64,000 nt of DNA from an uncultured delta proteobacterium (GTDB lineage: Bacteria; Desulfobacterota; Desulfobacteria; Desulfobacterales; Desulfosalsimonadaceae): contig CAWGYD010000006.1 in the NCBI GenBank assembly GCA_963826785.1, positions 1,056,712 to 1,120,711 on the forward strand, written 5' to 3'. The position numbers and the translations under genes were made by a program. Below are positions 9,564 to 19,230 of this stretch, piece after piece. The first letter of the stretch is position 1. Each line of letters begins with the position of its first letter. The notes below the pieces were generated by a model that had not been told where the DNA came from, made no database searches, and saw only the letters and a list, made by a program, of their open reading frames with translations.

Positions 9564-10277
9564 TTACGGGGTGGGCAACGGAGCATCTGAATTTGAATAT
9601 ACGGTGAACTGGTGGCTCCAGAAATCGAAATTCTGTAATTTCGTAAAAATTCCGGTTTGTTCTATGCTTCGGCCATTTTCCGGATTGCAATAGATGATCA
9701 GGACTTTCCGGGGATGATTTCGAAGGGAGGCGGCGATATTAAAAAGAACTTTTTTCAGGATGGTCTCGTCGAATGGATTGAACATGAAGAAAACATTTTC
9801 ATCCGGGTTGATGGCGTAATTGCTGACATCCTCTTCTATGATCCGGCAATCATATCCAGATCCTGCGCGCCTTTTGTATACCTCTTTATTTTTATTAGCG
9901 ATTTCACACAATTCATGGGCAAATTCGATGCCCCGGATTTCCTTGAAGCCGAACTCCGAGGCGACCAGCAGGATCCTGCCTTTGCCGCATCCGAAATCGA
10001 CCAGTACGCTCTGCTCCGGAAGCATCGGCCGGATGGCGCGAAACAGTTTCCGGAGAGGGACTACCCGGGTGGGCTGATACCGGGCGCCTCTTTCCCGGTT
10101 GTTGCCGGCAATGGTCAGATCGGACAGTTCAGATGGGCTGCACGTGTCAACCCCGTGTCTGAAGTCGAACAGGTGATCGGCCATCAGCACTTTCAATTTG
10201 AGCGCAGTTGTCCTCAATCCCTGGTGCCGGAGTGAATTGCCGATCCTTTTTGACAGGCTGGTTTTGCTCGATTCCAT
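9564..10277 (-). CDS. Class I SAM-dependent methyltransferase
   Basis: VLVDFGCGKGR motif I, GIEF, FFMFNPF. Confidence 0.85.
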   Translation of the reverse strand: MESSKTSLSKRIGNSLRHQGLRTTALKLKVLMADHLFDFRHGVDTCSPSELSDLTIAGNNRERGARYQPTRVVPLRKLFRAIRPMLPEQSVLVDFGCGKGRILLVASEFGFKEIRGIEFAHELCEIANKNKEVYKRRAGSGYDCRIIEEDVSNYAINPDENVFFMFNPFDETILKKVLFNIAASLRNHPRKVLIIYCNPENGRSIEQTGIFTKLQNFDFWSHQFTVYSNSDAPLPTP

Positions 10278-10616
10278 TTGCCGCTGCCCGCTGTTTTGAT
10301 GCCGTCGCTAAAAAATGCCCAAGGGTACAGGCAAATACCGGCGGTTTGCCCGGTAACGATCCCCCTTGATCGCCCCCTGAACCCCTTCACACCATAATTC
10401 CTGCCGCCGGCCGCATCAATCCAAGTGCCCCGGCGTCCGGGCTTAATGCTTGCATTACTTAGGGTTTTTCAATATCATGCAAAAGAATTTGTGGCCCAAA
10501 AATGCAGATTCGGGTTTCCTTTGATAAATCGCCATCAATTTAAAGGTGACATGCCGCCCCCCTTTTTTGCCCCTGTCGCATCGGCGCAACCTTTTGGTTT
10601 TTCATGAGAGGATAAG

Positions 10617-11495
10617 ATGTCGCACTATGGATTGCAGCCCGGCAAACCGCAGTTGAGGAAAATTTCATTTCCCCATTATCTTGTCCATTTATTATACAGC
10701 TTTATCGAGCCCAAAATCATTTTAAAGCTGGTGGACAAATTGCTTGACAATAAATGGCTGACCTCCACGGGGTGGGGGAAGAAGGTGATGCTGGGCATCG
10801 CCAGAATGTCTACGGACCTGCCCCACGGAATCGTCATCACCACGCAGGGGGCCGAGAACGTGGTCGATTACCTGGACGCGCTGGAAGGCCCGGACACCGG
10901 CCGGTTCGCCCTGGGGCCGTGCCTGTGCCAGCTGGCCACCTGCAAGTGGGAGGAGCCGCTCATCAAGGATATCCAGTTCCTGTACGCAAAGGACATGTTC
11001 ATGCGGCTGAAGCTGGGGTACAAGGTGGTTTCCGCCGAAGAGGTGAAGGCCCTGCTCAGGCGTTGCCACGCGGTTGGGTATGTGCATGCCCTGGAAATGT
11101 GCCGGCAGTCGGGCAAGTGGGTGTTTTGCATCTGCAATTGCGAGCCCCGGGTCTGCGCGCCGACCCGGGTGTTCCTGCTGACCGGCGAGATGATGTACAG
11201 GGGGCCGGAAATCTGTGCAGGGGATCAAGATGCCTGCCTGGGAGCCGAGGCCTGCGGAAAGTGCATTAAAAGGTGCATCTTCGGCGCAAACCGGAGCGAG
11301 GGGGGAAAATCAGTGGTGGACGTTAAAAAATGCATGGGATGCGGCCTGTGCGTGGCCACCTGCCCGGGCGGGGCCAGAACCATGGCGGCCCGGCACGATT
11401 ATGCCCATCAGCACCAGGTGCCGGCGGAAATGGTGCTTAAAAATCCGGCCGGGGAGGGCGGCTTGGGGGGGACAGCGTCTCATGGGGAATTTTAA
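10617..11495 (+). CDS. 4Fe-4S dicluster (ferredoxin-type) domain protein with extra Cys motifs
   Basis: CLGAEACGKCIKRC and CMGCGLCVATCP; also CLC and CICNC...C. Confidence 0.8.
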   Translation: MSHYGLQPGKPQLRKISFPHYLVHLLYSFIEPKIILKLVDKLLDNKWLTSTGWGKKVMLGIARMSTDLPHGIVITTQGAENVVDYLDALEGPDTGRFALGPCLCQLATCKWEEPLIKDIQFLYAKDMFMRLKLGYKVVSAEEVKALLRRCHAVGYVHALEMCRQSGKWVFCICNCEPRVCAPTRVFLLTGEMMYRGPEICAGDQDACLGAEACGKCIKRCIFGANRSEGGKSVVDVKKCMGCGLCVATCPGGARTMAARHDYAHQHQVPAEMVLKNPAGEGGLGGTASHGEF

Positions 11496-11498
11496 TAT

Positions 11499-11588
11499 AA
11501 GTCCCCTTTGGAAAATGAGGACTTGGGGGGATTTTGACGCGCCGGGGTCTTAAATCCCCCCCCGCCCCCCTTTGAAAAAAAGGGGGGG
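11499..11588. repeat. REP-like palindromic doublet, family A
   Basis: AAGTCCCCTTTGGAAAATGAGGACTTGGGGGATTT ... AAATCCCCCCCCGCCCCCCTTTGAAAAAAAGGGGGGG between convergent genes; close homologue at 17005-17092. Confidence 0.8.
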
Positions 11589-11631
11589 CCAAAAAAAAGT
11601 GACGCCAAAACGCTGCCGGAGTTATCCGGGT

Positions 11632-12276
11632 TCAACGGCTGCGGTGATAGACGATTCTGTATTCGGGAACCGCCGGCACATCGAGGCTTGCCAGCCGTCC
11701 GCCCGTATAGTCGCAGATAAACGCCCTGTCCGGATTGGATGCCAGGTGGATGACCAGTCTTGCCGGGCCGACATCGCCCAGGACGGAATTTAGATCCAGT
11801 TTCCCGTTTTCATCCGTGGCCGCGGTCAAAGATATGTTCTTTTTTTTATTCTGGATCACCAGGGGGACATCTGCCGCCGGTTCCGGCGCGCCGCATGCCA
11901 GCACCTTTCCGGTTTCAATATCTGCGAGGGGTTCGGTTTTTTTGCTGTTATCGGCGATGGCATTGGCATTTAACAGATCGATCAGCCCCAGCCCGAAAAA
12001 CGGCATCTCCAGCATGGCCGGGCCGTACCCGATTTCCGTCTTCTTGGTGACCTTGTAAGCCGTGGCCATTTCATTGCACTGTGGCGTCCGGGTCAGCAGA
12101 ATCGTGTTGTCCATGATCTGGTAGCCATAGGTGTAGTGGCTGAACGGGCCTGTTTTGATGTCGCCCTTCACGATTTCCGACCGGGCGGGGTTCAGCAGGG
12201 TCAGCGTGGTGGCGCAGCCAGAAACCGAAATGGCCAGTAAAATCATCAATGCGACCTGGGTTACGTGCTTTTTCAT
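11632..12276 (-). CDS. Hypothetical lipoprotein
   Basis: Signal peptide with lipobox VSGC; AAGGA RBS; upstream sigma54-like promoter. Confidence 0.75.
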   Translation of the reverse strand: MKKHVTQVALMILLAISVSGCATTLTLLNPARSEIVKGDIKTGPFSHYTYGYQIMDNTILLTRTPQCNEMATAYKVTKKTEIGYGPAMLEMPFFGLGLIDLLNANAIADNSKKTEPLADIETGKVLACGAPEPAADVPLVIQNKKKNISLTAATDENGKLDLNSVLGDVGPARLVIHLASNPDRAFICDYTGGRLASLDVPAVPEYRIVYHRSR

Positions 12277-12343
12277 GGTGCCATCCTTTCCTTGTGAATC
12301 CTATTTTTCAATTGGCGGTATTTTGTTTTGTGCAAATAAGGAT

Positions 12344-12359
12344 TGCCAGAACCATGCCA
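12344..12359 (-). promoter_or_regulatory. sigma54 (-24/-12) promoter of the lipoprotein gene
   Basis: Minus strand TGGCATG-GTTC-TGGCA matches TGGCACG-N4-TTGCA; divergent from a sigma54 activator. Confidence 0.65.
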
Positions 12360-12552
12360 ACTTTTTTTATCTATAATTACAAGTATTTGAAATCTTGTTG
12401 GGTTTTTTGGTTGCGCCATGGGGTAAAAAAAATTATCCTATTGTGTAATATGCGAGGAAATTACCCATTAGCGTAATCTTGGCCGCGGCAATTTGCATTC
12501 AGCCGGAAAAGGGGGATAATTTGATGATCCGGGCATTCAAGGGGGAACGGGC

Positions 12553-14103
12553 ATGACCGTGGACAAAAATGCGTTTTTCCGCCAGGCGGCCATCCGCATC
12601 TGCGGCAGCTTGAACATAGAAACCGCCCTGCAGAATTGCTTTCAATATTTATCGAAGCACCTGCCGCTGGATGCCATCGGTCTCTACCTCTATGATCCGG
12701 GCCTCAATGTGGTCCACCGGGTGGCGCGGTGCAGCCACGATGATGAGCGGATCGGCTCGGTTTCCTCCCTTCCGGTGGGAAGCAAGGATCTATGGTCGGC
12801 CCTGTGGGAGGACCTGACGGAGATCCGGATTATCAACCGGCCCGGGGAAAGCCCGGCCATTGCCGAGGCGGCCCGGATGAACGGAATCGGCCTGGACATC
12901 TCGCTCATGGTGCTGCGCCTGCAGCTGGAAGGGCAGCGGGTGGGATTGTTGTCGCTCAAGGCGAAAGGAAACGACCGGTACGAAGAGGAGCACGCAAAAC
13001 TTGCGCTTCTGCTCAACGAACCGTTTGCCATCGCCATGACCAATGCCTTGAAGCACCAGGAACTGTCCCGCCTCAAGGACATGCTGGCCGAGGACAACCG
13101 GTACCTGCGAAGCGAGATTCAGAATCTGTCGGGTTCGGCCATCATCGGGGCGGACCTGGGGCTGCGCCATGTGATGGAAATGGTCCGCCAGGTGGCGGCC
13201 CTGGACAGCCCGGTGCTGCTGCTGGGCGAAACCGGGGTGGGAAAAGGCCTGATCGCCCATGCCATCCACTATGCTTCGCTCCGGAAAAACGGGCCCTTCG
13301 TGATGGTCAACTGCGGCGCCATCGTGGATAGTTTGATCGACAGCGAACTGTTCGGCCACGAAAAAGGGGCGTTCACCGGCGCGGCGTCCCGGAAGAAAGG
13401 CCGGTTCGAGCGGGCGGAGAAGGGGACCATCTTTTTAGATGAAATCGGGGAACTGCCGCCCCAGGCCCAGGTGCGGCTGCTGCATGTGCTGCAGGAAAAA
13501 CGCCTGGAGCGGGTGGGCGGCATATCGCCCATCGAGGTGGATGTCCGGATTATTTCCGCCACCCACCGCAACCTGCAGGAGATGATCCGCGCCGGCGGGT
13601 TCAGGGAGGATCTCTGGTTTCGCCTGAATGTGTTTCCCATTCATATTCCGCCGCTGCGCCAGCGCCGGGAGGATATTCCCCTCCTGACGCGCTTTTTCAT
13701 CGACCAGAAGGCGGCGGACCTGAAGATGGGCGCCATCCCGGCCCCGGCCCCGGACGCCCTGGCGCAGCTGACCGCCTATGACTGGCCCGGCAATGTCCGG
13801 GAACTGGAGAACCTGGTGGAGCGGGCACTGATCCGGCACAAACAGGGGCCGCTGCAGTTTGACGACCTGATGCCGGAAAGCCGGGATGCGGCAAAAATGC
13901 CGGTGCCGGACCGGACGGATGATCAACTGCCCACGCTGGACGAGGTCAACGCCCGGCATGTCCGGCAGGCCCTCGATGCCTGCGGCGGCAAGATCCATGG
14001 CCCGGGCGGCGCAGCCGAAATGCTGGGCATCCATCCCAATACCCTGCGAAAAAGAATGGACAAGCTCGGAATTCAATATCGGAAAAACAAGCGCAAGCGC
14101 TAA
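12553..14103 (+). CDS. GAF-domain sigma54-dependent transcriptional activator (FhlA/HyfR-like)
   Basis: GETGVGK Walker A, GAFTGA, FLDEIGE, WPGNVREL, C-terminal Fis HTH. Confidence 0.93.
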   Translation: MTVDKNAFFRQAAIRICGSLNIETALQNCFQYLSKHLPLDAIGLYLYDPGLNVVHRVARCSHDDERIGSVSSLPVGSKDLWSALWEDLTEIRIINRPGESPAIAEAARMNGIGLDISLMVLRLQLEGQRVGLLSLKAKGNDRYEEEHAKLALLLNEPFAIAMTNALKHQELSRLKDMLAEDNRYLRSEIQNLSGSAIIGADLGLRHVMEMVRQVAALDSPVLLLGETGVGKGLIAHAIHYASLRKNGPFVMVNCGAIVDSLIDSELFGHEKGAFTGAASRKKGRFERAEKGTIFLDEIGELPPQAQVRLLHVLQEKRLERVGGISPIEVDVRIISATHRNLQEMIRAGGFREDLWFRLNVFPIHIPPLRQRREDIPLLTRFFIDQKAADLKMGAIPAPAPDALAQLTAYDWPGNVRELENLVERALIRHKQGPLQFDDLMPESRDAAKMPVPDRTDDQLPTLDEVNARHVRQALDACGGKIHGPGGAAEMLGIHPNTLRKRMDKLGIQYRKNKRKR

Positions 14104-14179
14104 ACGCAATTTTTCTCAATGCCAATGTTTTTTGCAGCAAAGATCCTTTTAGAATAGTCCTGTGGCAGAACCTCTTATT

Positions 14180-14212
14180 GTTCCCCCCTCGAGGGGGGCG
14201 AAGGGGGGTGTT
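14180..14212. repeat. REP-like palindrome, family B
   Basis: TTCCCCCCTCGAGGGGGGCGAAGGGGGGTGTT; same unit at 15938, 16055, 33883, 56669 and 56780. Confidence 0.75.
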
Positions 14213-14302
14213 CTGCCAAAACGGCCAATAACTCCCGTTCTTCTGCTGAAGAAAATAAATCTCGGCAGCACCTGATCCAAATGGAAACGAAAGGAAATCC
14301 CT

Positions 14303-15895
14303 ATGTACCGGATACTGATCCGCGACAACATGTCTCCCGTGGCGAAAGAAATCCTGGAGGCAACCGGCAATATCGAAGTGGTGGTGGACAGCGACAAGGC
14401 GGCCGATGATCCGGAGGTCCTGGCCCAAAAAATTGGGCAATTCGACGGCCTGGCCATCCGGAGCAGCACCCGGGTGACCCAATCCGTTCTGGATGCCGCA
14501 CCCCGTCTGAAGGTCGTGGCCCGGGCCGGCATGGGCGTGGACAATGTCGATGTGGATGCGGCCACCGTGGCCGGGGTGGTGGTGATGAACGCGCCGGGGG
14601 GAAACGCCGTCACCACCGCCGAACACGCCATCTCCATGATGATGGCCCTGGCCCGGAACCTGCCCCAGGCCACCGCGTCCATGCGGGCGGGCAAATGGGA
14701 AAAAAAGGCGCTCACCGGGGTGGAGATCGCCGGAAAAACCCTGGGGGTGGTGGGGCTGGGCCGGATCGGCCGCATCGTGGCGGACCGGGGGCTGGGATTG
14801 AAGATGAGCGTGATTGCCGCAGATCCCTACATCAGCCGCGAGGCGGCGGAAAAGCTCAACATCTCCCTGGTTTCCTTCGAAGAGATCCTTTCCCGGTCCG
14901 ATTTCATATCGCTTCACGTTCCCCGGCTGAAGGAAACCATGAACATGATCGATGCCGCGGCACTGGCGAAGATGAAAAAGGGGGTGCGGATCATCAACTG
15001 TTCCCGGGGGGAAGTGATCGACCTTGCTGCCCTCTATGATGCGCTTGAAAGCGGGCAGGCGGGGGGGGCGGCACTGGACGTGTTTCCCACGGAGCCGCCC
15101 GATGCCGCGCTGAAAATCCTGCAGCATCCCCGTGTCATCCTTTCCCCGCACCTGGGGGCCAGCACGGGGGAAGCCCAGGAGAACGTGGCCAGAATGATCG
15201 CCGAACAGATGGCGGCCTTCCTGATCAGCGGCGTGATCACCAACGCGGTGAACTTTCCGTCGGTGTCCATGGAGGAGATGGCGCGTCTGCGGCCTTACCT
15301 GGACCTGTCCGAAAAAATGGGGTCGCTGATGGGGCAGCTCATCCGTGCCCCCCATGACATTGCGGTCAATTACAGCGGGGATATCACCACCCTGGCCACC
15401 AAGCCGGTGACCCACGCCCTGCTCAAGGGGCTGCTGGAATCATTTACGGATCAGCCGGTCAATTATGTCAACGCCCGGGCCATGGCCGCGGAAAAGGGGA
15501 TCGGCATCCATGAAACCGTCACCCAGCAGGAAAGCAGCTTCTCCAGCCTGATCCGGCTCAGACTGGAGCATACCAGCGAACAGCCCAAGGAGATCTGGGG
15601 AACCCTCTATGAGAGAAAATACCCGCGCCTGGTGCGGATCGGGGACGTGTACCTGGACGCCATTCCCGAAGGGCACATGATCGTCATCGAGAATCACGAT
15701 CAGCCCGGCGTGATCGGCAACGTGGGCACCACCCTGGGAAAACACAACGTGAATATCGGGCGGTTTCAGCTGGGCCGCCGGGCGGACCGGGCCGTCTGCC
15801 TGGTCAACATCGATACCCCGGCCGATGAAGCGGTGCTGGAAGAAATCCGCCGACTGCCCAACATGATCTCGGTCAGGCAGGTGCTGCTGGATTGA
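14303..15895 (+). CDS. serA: D-3-phosphoglycerate dehydrogenase
   Basis: RAGMGVDNVD, GLGRIG, SPHLGAST, C-terminal ACT domain (DQPGVIGNVG). Confidence 0.96.
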   Translation: MYRILIRDNMSPVAKEILEATGNIEVVVDSDKAADDPEVLAQKIGQFDGLAIRSSTRVTQSVLDAAPRLKVVARAGMGVDNVDVDAATVAGVVVMNAPGGNAVTTAEHAISMMMALARNLPQATASMRAGKWEKKALTGVEIAGKTLGVVGLGRIGRIVADRGLGLKMSVIAADPYISREAAEKLNISLVSFEEILSRSDFISLHVPRLKETMNMIDAAALAKMKKGVRIINCSRGEVIDLAALYDALESGQAGGAALDVFPTEPPDAALKILQHPRVILSPHLGASTGEAQENVARMIAEQMAAFLISGVITNAVNFPSVSMEEMARLRPYLDLSEKMGSLMGQLIRAPHDIAVNYSGDITTLATKPVTHALLKGLLESFTDQPVNYVNARAMAAEKGIGIHETVTQQESSFSSLIRLRLEHTSEQPKEIWGTLYERKYPRLVRIGDVYLDAIPEGHMIVIENHDQPGVIGNVGTTLGKHNVNIGRFQLGRRADRAVCLVNIDTPADEAVLEEIRRLPNMISVRQVLLD

Positions 15896-15937
15896 TCACT
15901 TGATCCGATCCCATGGAGAGGGGAGAACGCAGGTCGA

Positions 15938-16088
15938 ACACCCCCCTTGGTCCCCCCTCGCAGGGGGGAATAAAAAAAGGAGTCCCCCCCTCGCTGGGGG
16001 GGTAAAAAAGAGTTCCCCCTCGAGGGGAGAATTTGATCGTAATTTCAAGTCCTAATCCCCCTTTAAGGGGGGAATTAAAGGGGGGTGT
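15938..16088. repeat. Cluster of family-B REP-like palindromes (three tandem units plus one inverted unit)
   Basis: ACACCCCCC.., then CCCCCCTCGCAGGGGGG / CCCCCCCTCGCTGGGGGGG / CCCCCTCGAGGGG separated by A-rich linkers, then CCCCCTTTAAGGGGGG...GGGGGGTGT. Confidence 0.75.
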
Positions 16089-16169
16089 ACCGGCGGCGGC
16101 CGTTACGATCCGAAAGTTTCTTCCTGCAAAAACGCCGCGCGGTGAGGCGGGGGGCTTCCGGGGAAGTTC

Positions 16170-16229
16170 AATCGGTGCCGGGATCGCAAATATCGCGCGG
16201 TATTTACGATATCGATCCCGACGCCGATT
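16170..16229. terminator. Long inverted repeat between convergent genes
   Basis: AATCGGTGCCGGGATCG ... CGATCCCGACGCCGATT (15/17 Watson-Crick pairs) with an inner ATATCG/CGATAT stem. Confidence 0.5.
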
Positions 16230-16252
16230 CGATGCGTGTTCTTGTTTGTGTG

Positions 16253-16813
16253 TTATTTTTGCTCAGGACCGAAGGAGCGGATGAAGAGATCGCGGAGGGC
16301 CTGCCGGCCTTCATCGGAGAGGTTGCGGGTTCCGGTGCCGGCAAATGTTTCGGAGGTGATCACCGGGGTGTTTTCCACCCATTTACTGTTCTGCCAGGAA
16401 TACCAGGCTTTTTTTTCCTGATCATAGACGTTCAATGGCCGATTGAAGAGCTTGGCCAGTTCGACGCCCCAGCCGGTTCCGCCTTTGACGGTATTGTCTG
16501 ACTGTATCCAGCCGACTGCAATGACATGGTAGCCGCTGTTGACCATGTGGAAAAGGGACTGGATGACTCTTCGGATCTTGTCCGTTTTGGAGTAGGTCCG
16601 GTTCATCCGTTTGGACACGATTTCCATGCTCACATCACCCTTTTGCAGTTCTTCCTGGGTCAGAATCTTGACACCCCGGGTGCGTTCGGCGGTATGCCCT
16701 TCGAATGAAAAATTGACTTCGTCTATTTGCCATTCCTCGGCAAGTTTACCAAATTCCGCCTCAGCACCTTTGTGGCCGCCGCTGTAGAGTGTAATCTTTG
16801 AAATGTCTGTCAT
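16253..16813 (-). CDS. Conserved hypothetical protein, SLOG-superfamily-like nucleotide-binding fold
   Basis: LYSGGHKGAE, KGGTGWGVELAKLFNRP and FAGTGTR motifs; AGGAG RBS. Confidence 0.7.
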   Translation of the reverse strand: MTDISKITLYSGGHKGAEAEFGKLAEEWQIDEVNFSFEGHTAERTRGVKILTQEELQKGDVSMEIVSKRMNRTYSKTDKIRRVIQSLFHMVNSGYHVIAVGWIQSDNTVKGGTGWGVELAKLFNRPLNVYDQEKKAWYSWQNSKWVENTPVITSETFAGTGTRNLSDEGRQALRDLFIRSFGPEQK

Positions 16814-17004
16814 TTGAATCTCCTGGGTTATAAGGAATTTTGCGGTCAGGCAAAAAAAAACACCCCGACGCGATTCGTCAGGGTGATCGGCTATAATAAT
16901 TCATTTCTTCAAAATTGCAACCCTGCCCGGTGAATTTTTTATCGGCTGACCCGAAAAAATCCGGTAAAGAACCCGGATTCAGTTCTTTTTCGAATTCCGG
17001 ATTC

Positions 17005-17092
17005 AAAGTCCCCCTTTGGAAAAGGAGGATTTAGGGGGATTTGGCGCCTCCCGGGAGAAATCCCCCCCGCCCCCCTTTTCAAAAGGGGGGAG
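17005..17092. repeat. REP-like palindromic doublet, family A
   Basis: AAAGTCCCCCTTTGGAAAAGGAGGATTTAGGGGGATTT ... AAATCCCCCCCGCCCCCCTTTTCAAAAGGGGGGAG. Confidence 0.8.
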
Positions 17093-17221
17093 AAAAACGA
17101 TGACTGGATTTTTCGGGATAACCAGATTGCATTTTTTTATTTCATTTCAAAATGATACCCTATAATTTGAAAACGATTTTACGTTGACTGGGCGATAACC
17201 TTTGCGGTTAAAGGAGGGGGC

Positions 17222-19004
17222 ATGAACCATTTAGTAGACGTATTGAAAGATCGCTGTGGCGCGGATGCGCATAAAACGGCGTTCCTGGTCAAACAAAACG
17301 GGCGGTGGGAACCCGTTGACTGGGAGCAGGTCGATGTCTGCTCCGACCGGGTTGCCGCCGCGCTGCTGGCCGCCGGCCTGAAAAAGGGGGAGAGCGTCTG
17401 CATCCTGGCCAATACCCGGCTGGAATGGACCCTTTGCGACCTCGGCGTCGCCAAGGCCGGGGGCGTCAGCATCGGGATTTACCAGACCCTCTCCGGCGAG
17501 CAGGCGGCCTATATCCTCAAGGATTCGGAAGCCAGGTTCCTGTTTGTGGAAAACGCCCGGCAGGCGGAAAAAATCCGGCCGCATCTTCCCGATCTTCCCC
17601 GTCTGCAGCTAATGATCCTGTTTGACGGCAATGGAGATGGAAACGGCGGCACGACCCTGGATGCCTTCATGCGGCAGGGGGAAGATGCGCTGGCCGCAGA
17701 CCCCGGCTGTGTCGAGGCGGCGGTTTCGGCCATCGGGCCCGATGATGTGGCCCTGATCATTTACACATCGGGGACCACCGGACCACCCAAGGGGGCGCAG
17801 CTGACCCACAGGAATTTTCTGGCGGAACTGAGGGCCACCGATCAGATCGATCCTGAGAACGTGGGCGATGTGATGATGTTTTTTCTCCCCCTGTCCCACG
17901 TGGGGGAGCGCATCGCGCAGTACATGCGCATCCGGCGGGGGATTACCGGTGCTTATGTGAAGGATATCACCAAAATCCTCGACGACATCAAAGAGATCCG
18001 GCCCACGTTTTTCGGCAGCGTCCCCCGGATATTCGAAAAGGCCTACGCCAGGATCCGCTCCCAGGTGGCCGCGGCCCCGCCCGTAAAGCAGAAGCTGTTT
18101 GCCTGGGCCGAGCACACGGGAAGGGCGGCCAGCCGGCATATCCAGCAAAAAAAGGCCATGCCGGTCAGCCTGAAAATTCAATACCGGCTTGCCGACAAGC
18201 TGGTGCTGTCGAAAATCCGGGACCTGTTCGGCGGCCGGGTCCGCTATTTCCTGTCGTCGGCCGCCCCGATTTCAGTGGAGATCCTGGAATTTTTTCACGC
18301 CTGCGGCATGACCATCCTGGAAGGCTACGGACAGACCGAGGTCTCCTGCTTCTGCACCTTTGCACGCCGGATGCATGGCGGTTCGGCTCCGTGGGGCAGG
18401 CGCTTCCCGGTGTTACCCTCAAGATTGCCGATGACGGGGAAATCATGGTGAAAGGTGATATCGTGTTTGCCGGCTATCACAATCAGCCGGAACTTACCGC
18501 GAAAACCCTGACCGAAGACGGCTGGATCCGCACCGGCGACCTGGGTAGAATCGACGACGAGGGATATTTGTGGATCACCGGCCGCAAGAAGGACATCATC
18601 ATCACCTCCGGCGGAAAGAACGTCACCCCTTCCAATATCGAGCATCTCATCATGAGCCATCCCCTGATCGAACATGCCATGGTCCACGGCGACCGGCGAA
18701 AATATCTCACCGCCCTGATTTCACTGTCTCCGGAGAACCTGAAGGAATGGGCGGATTCCCGGGGTCACCAGGGGCTCGACCACACGGCCATGACAAGCTT
18801 CCCGCGGTCATGGCGGAGGTGCAGAAGGCGGTGGATGAAGCCAACCAACACCTGGCCAAATTTGAGACCGTCAAGAAATTCGTCATTCTCCCCAGGCCAT
18901 TTGACATTGAAACCGGGGAGTTGACTCCCACCATGAAGGTGCGCCGCCGGGAGGTGGAGCAGAAATATATGGGGCTGCTGGACGCCCTGTATGCCGAAAA
19001 TTGA
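17222..19004 (+). CDS. Long-chain fatty-acid--CoA ligase (FadD/FAA1-like) with two apparent frameshifts (~18357-18361 and ~18795)
   Basis: YTSGTTGPPKG, EGYGQTE, TGDLG, GRKKDIIITSGGKNV and ELTPTMKVRR are spread over three overlapping frames. Confidence 0.88.
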
Positions 19005-19230
19005 TTTTTCTGAAAGACTTGATTTATAAAAAACTTACGTGTAGGGTAGGCCTCTTGTGCCCGTTTTTGCGACATCATGCGATAGCGCTGAGCGGGCGGC
19101 AAAAGGGTGAAAAACAGGTCTTTCGCCAATTCGCCGGGATGGATTGCAGGCATTTCGCTTTCCGGGCGTTTTCGGCGGCATTGATGAGGCCTTTTTTTGC
19201 ATAAGCGTGAGTCCCGGATGTAAGTTTTTT

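Noticed and set aside
15952..16033. Short palindromic tandem units resembling a mini-CRISPR (also 56685-56770)
   Set aside because: Only three degenerate units with short, similar A-rich linkers rather than unique spacers, and no cas genes; explained by the REP-like family.
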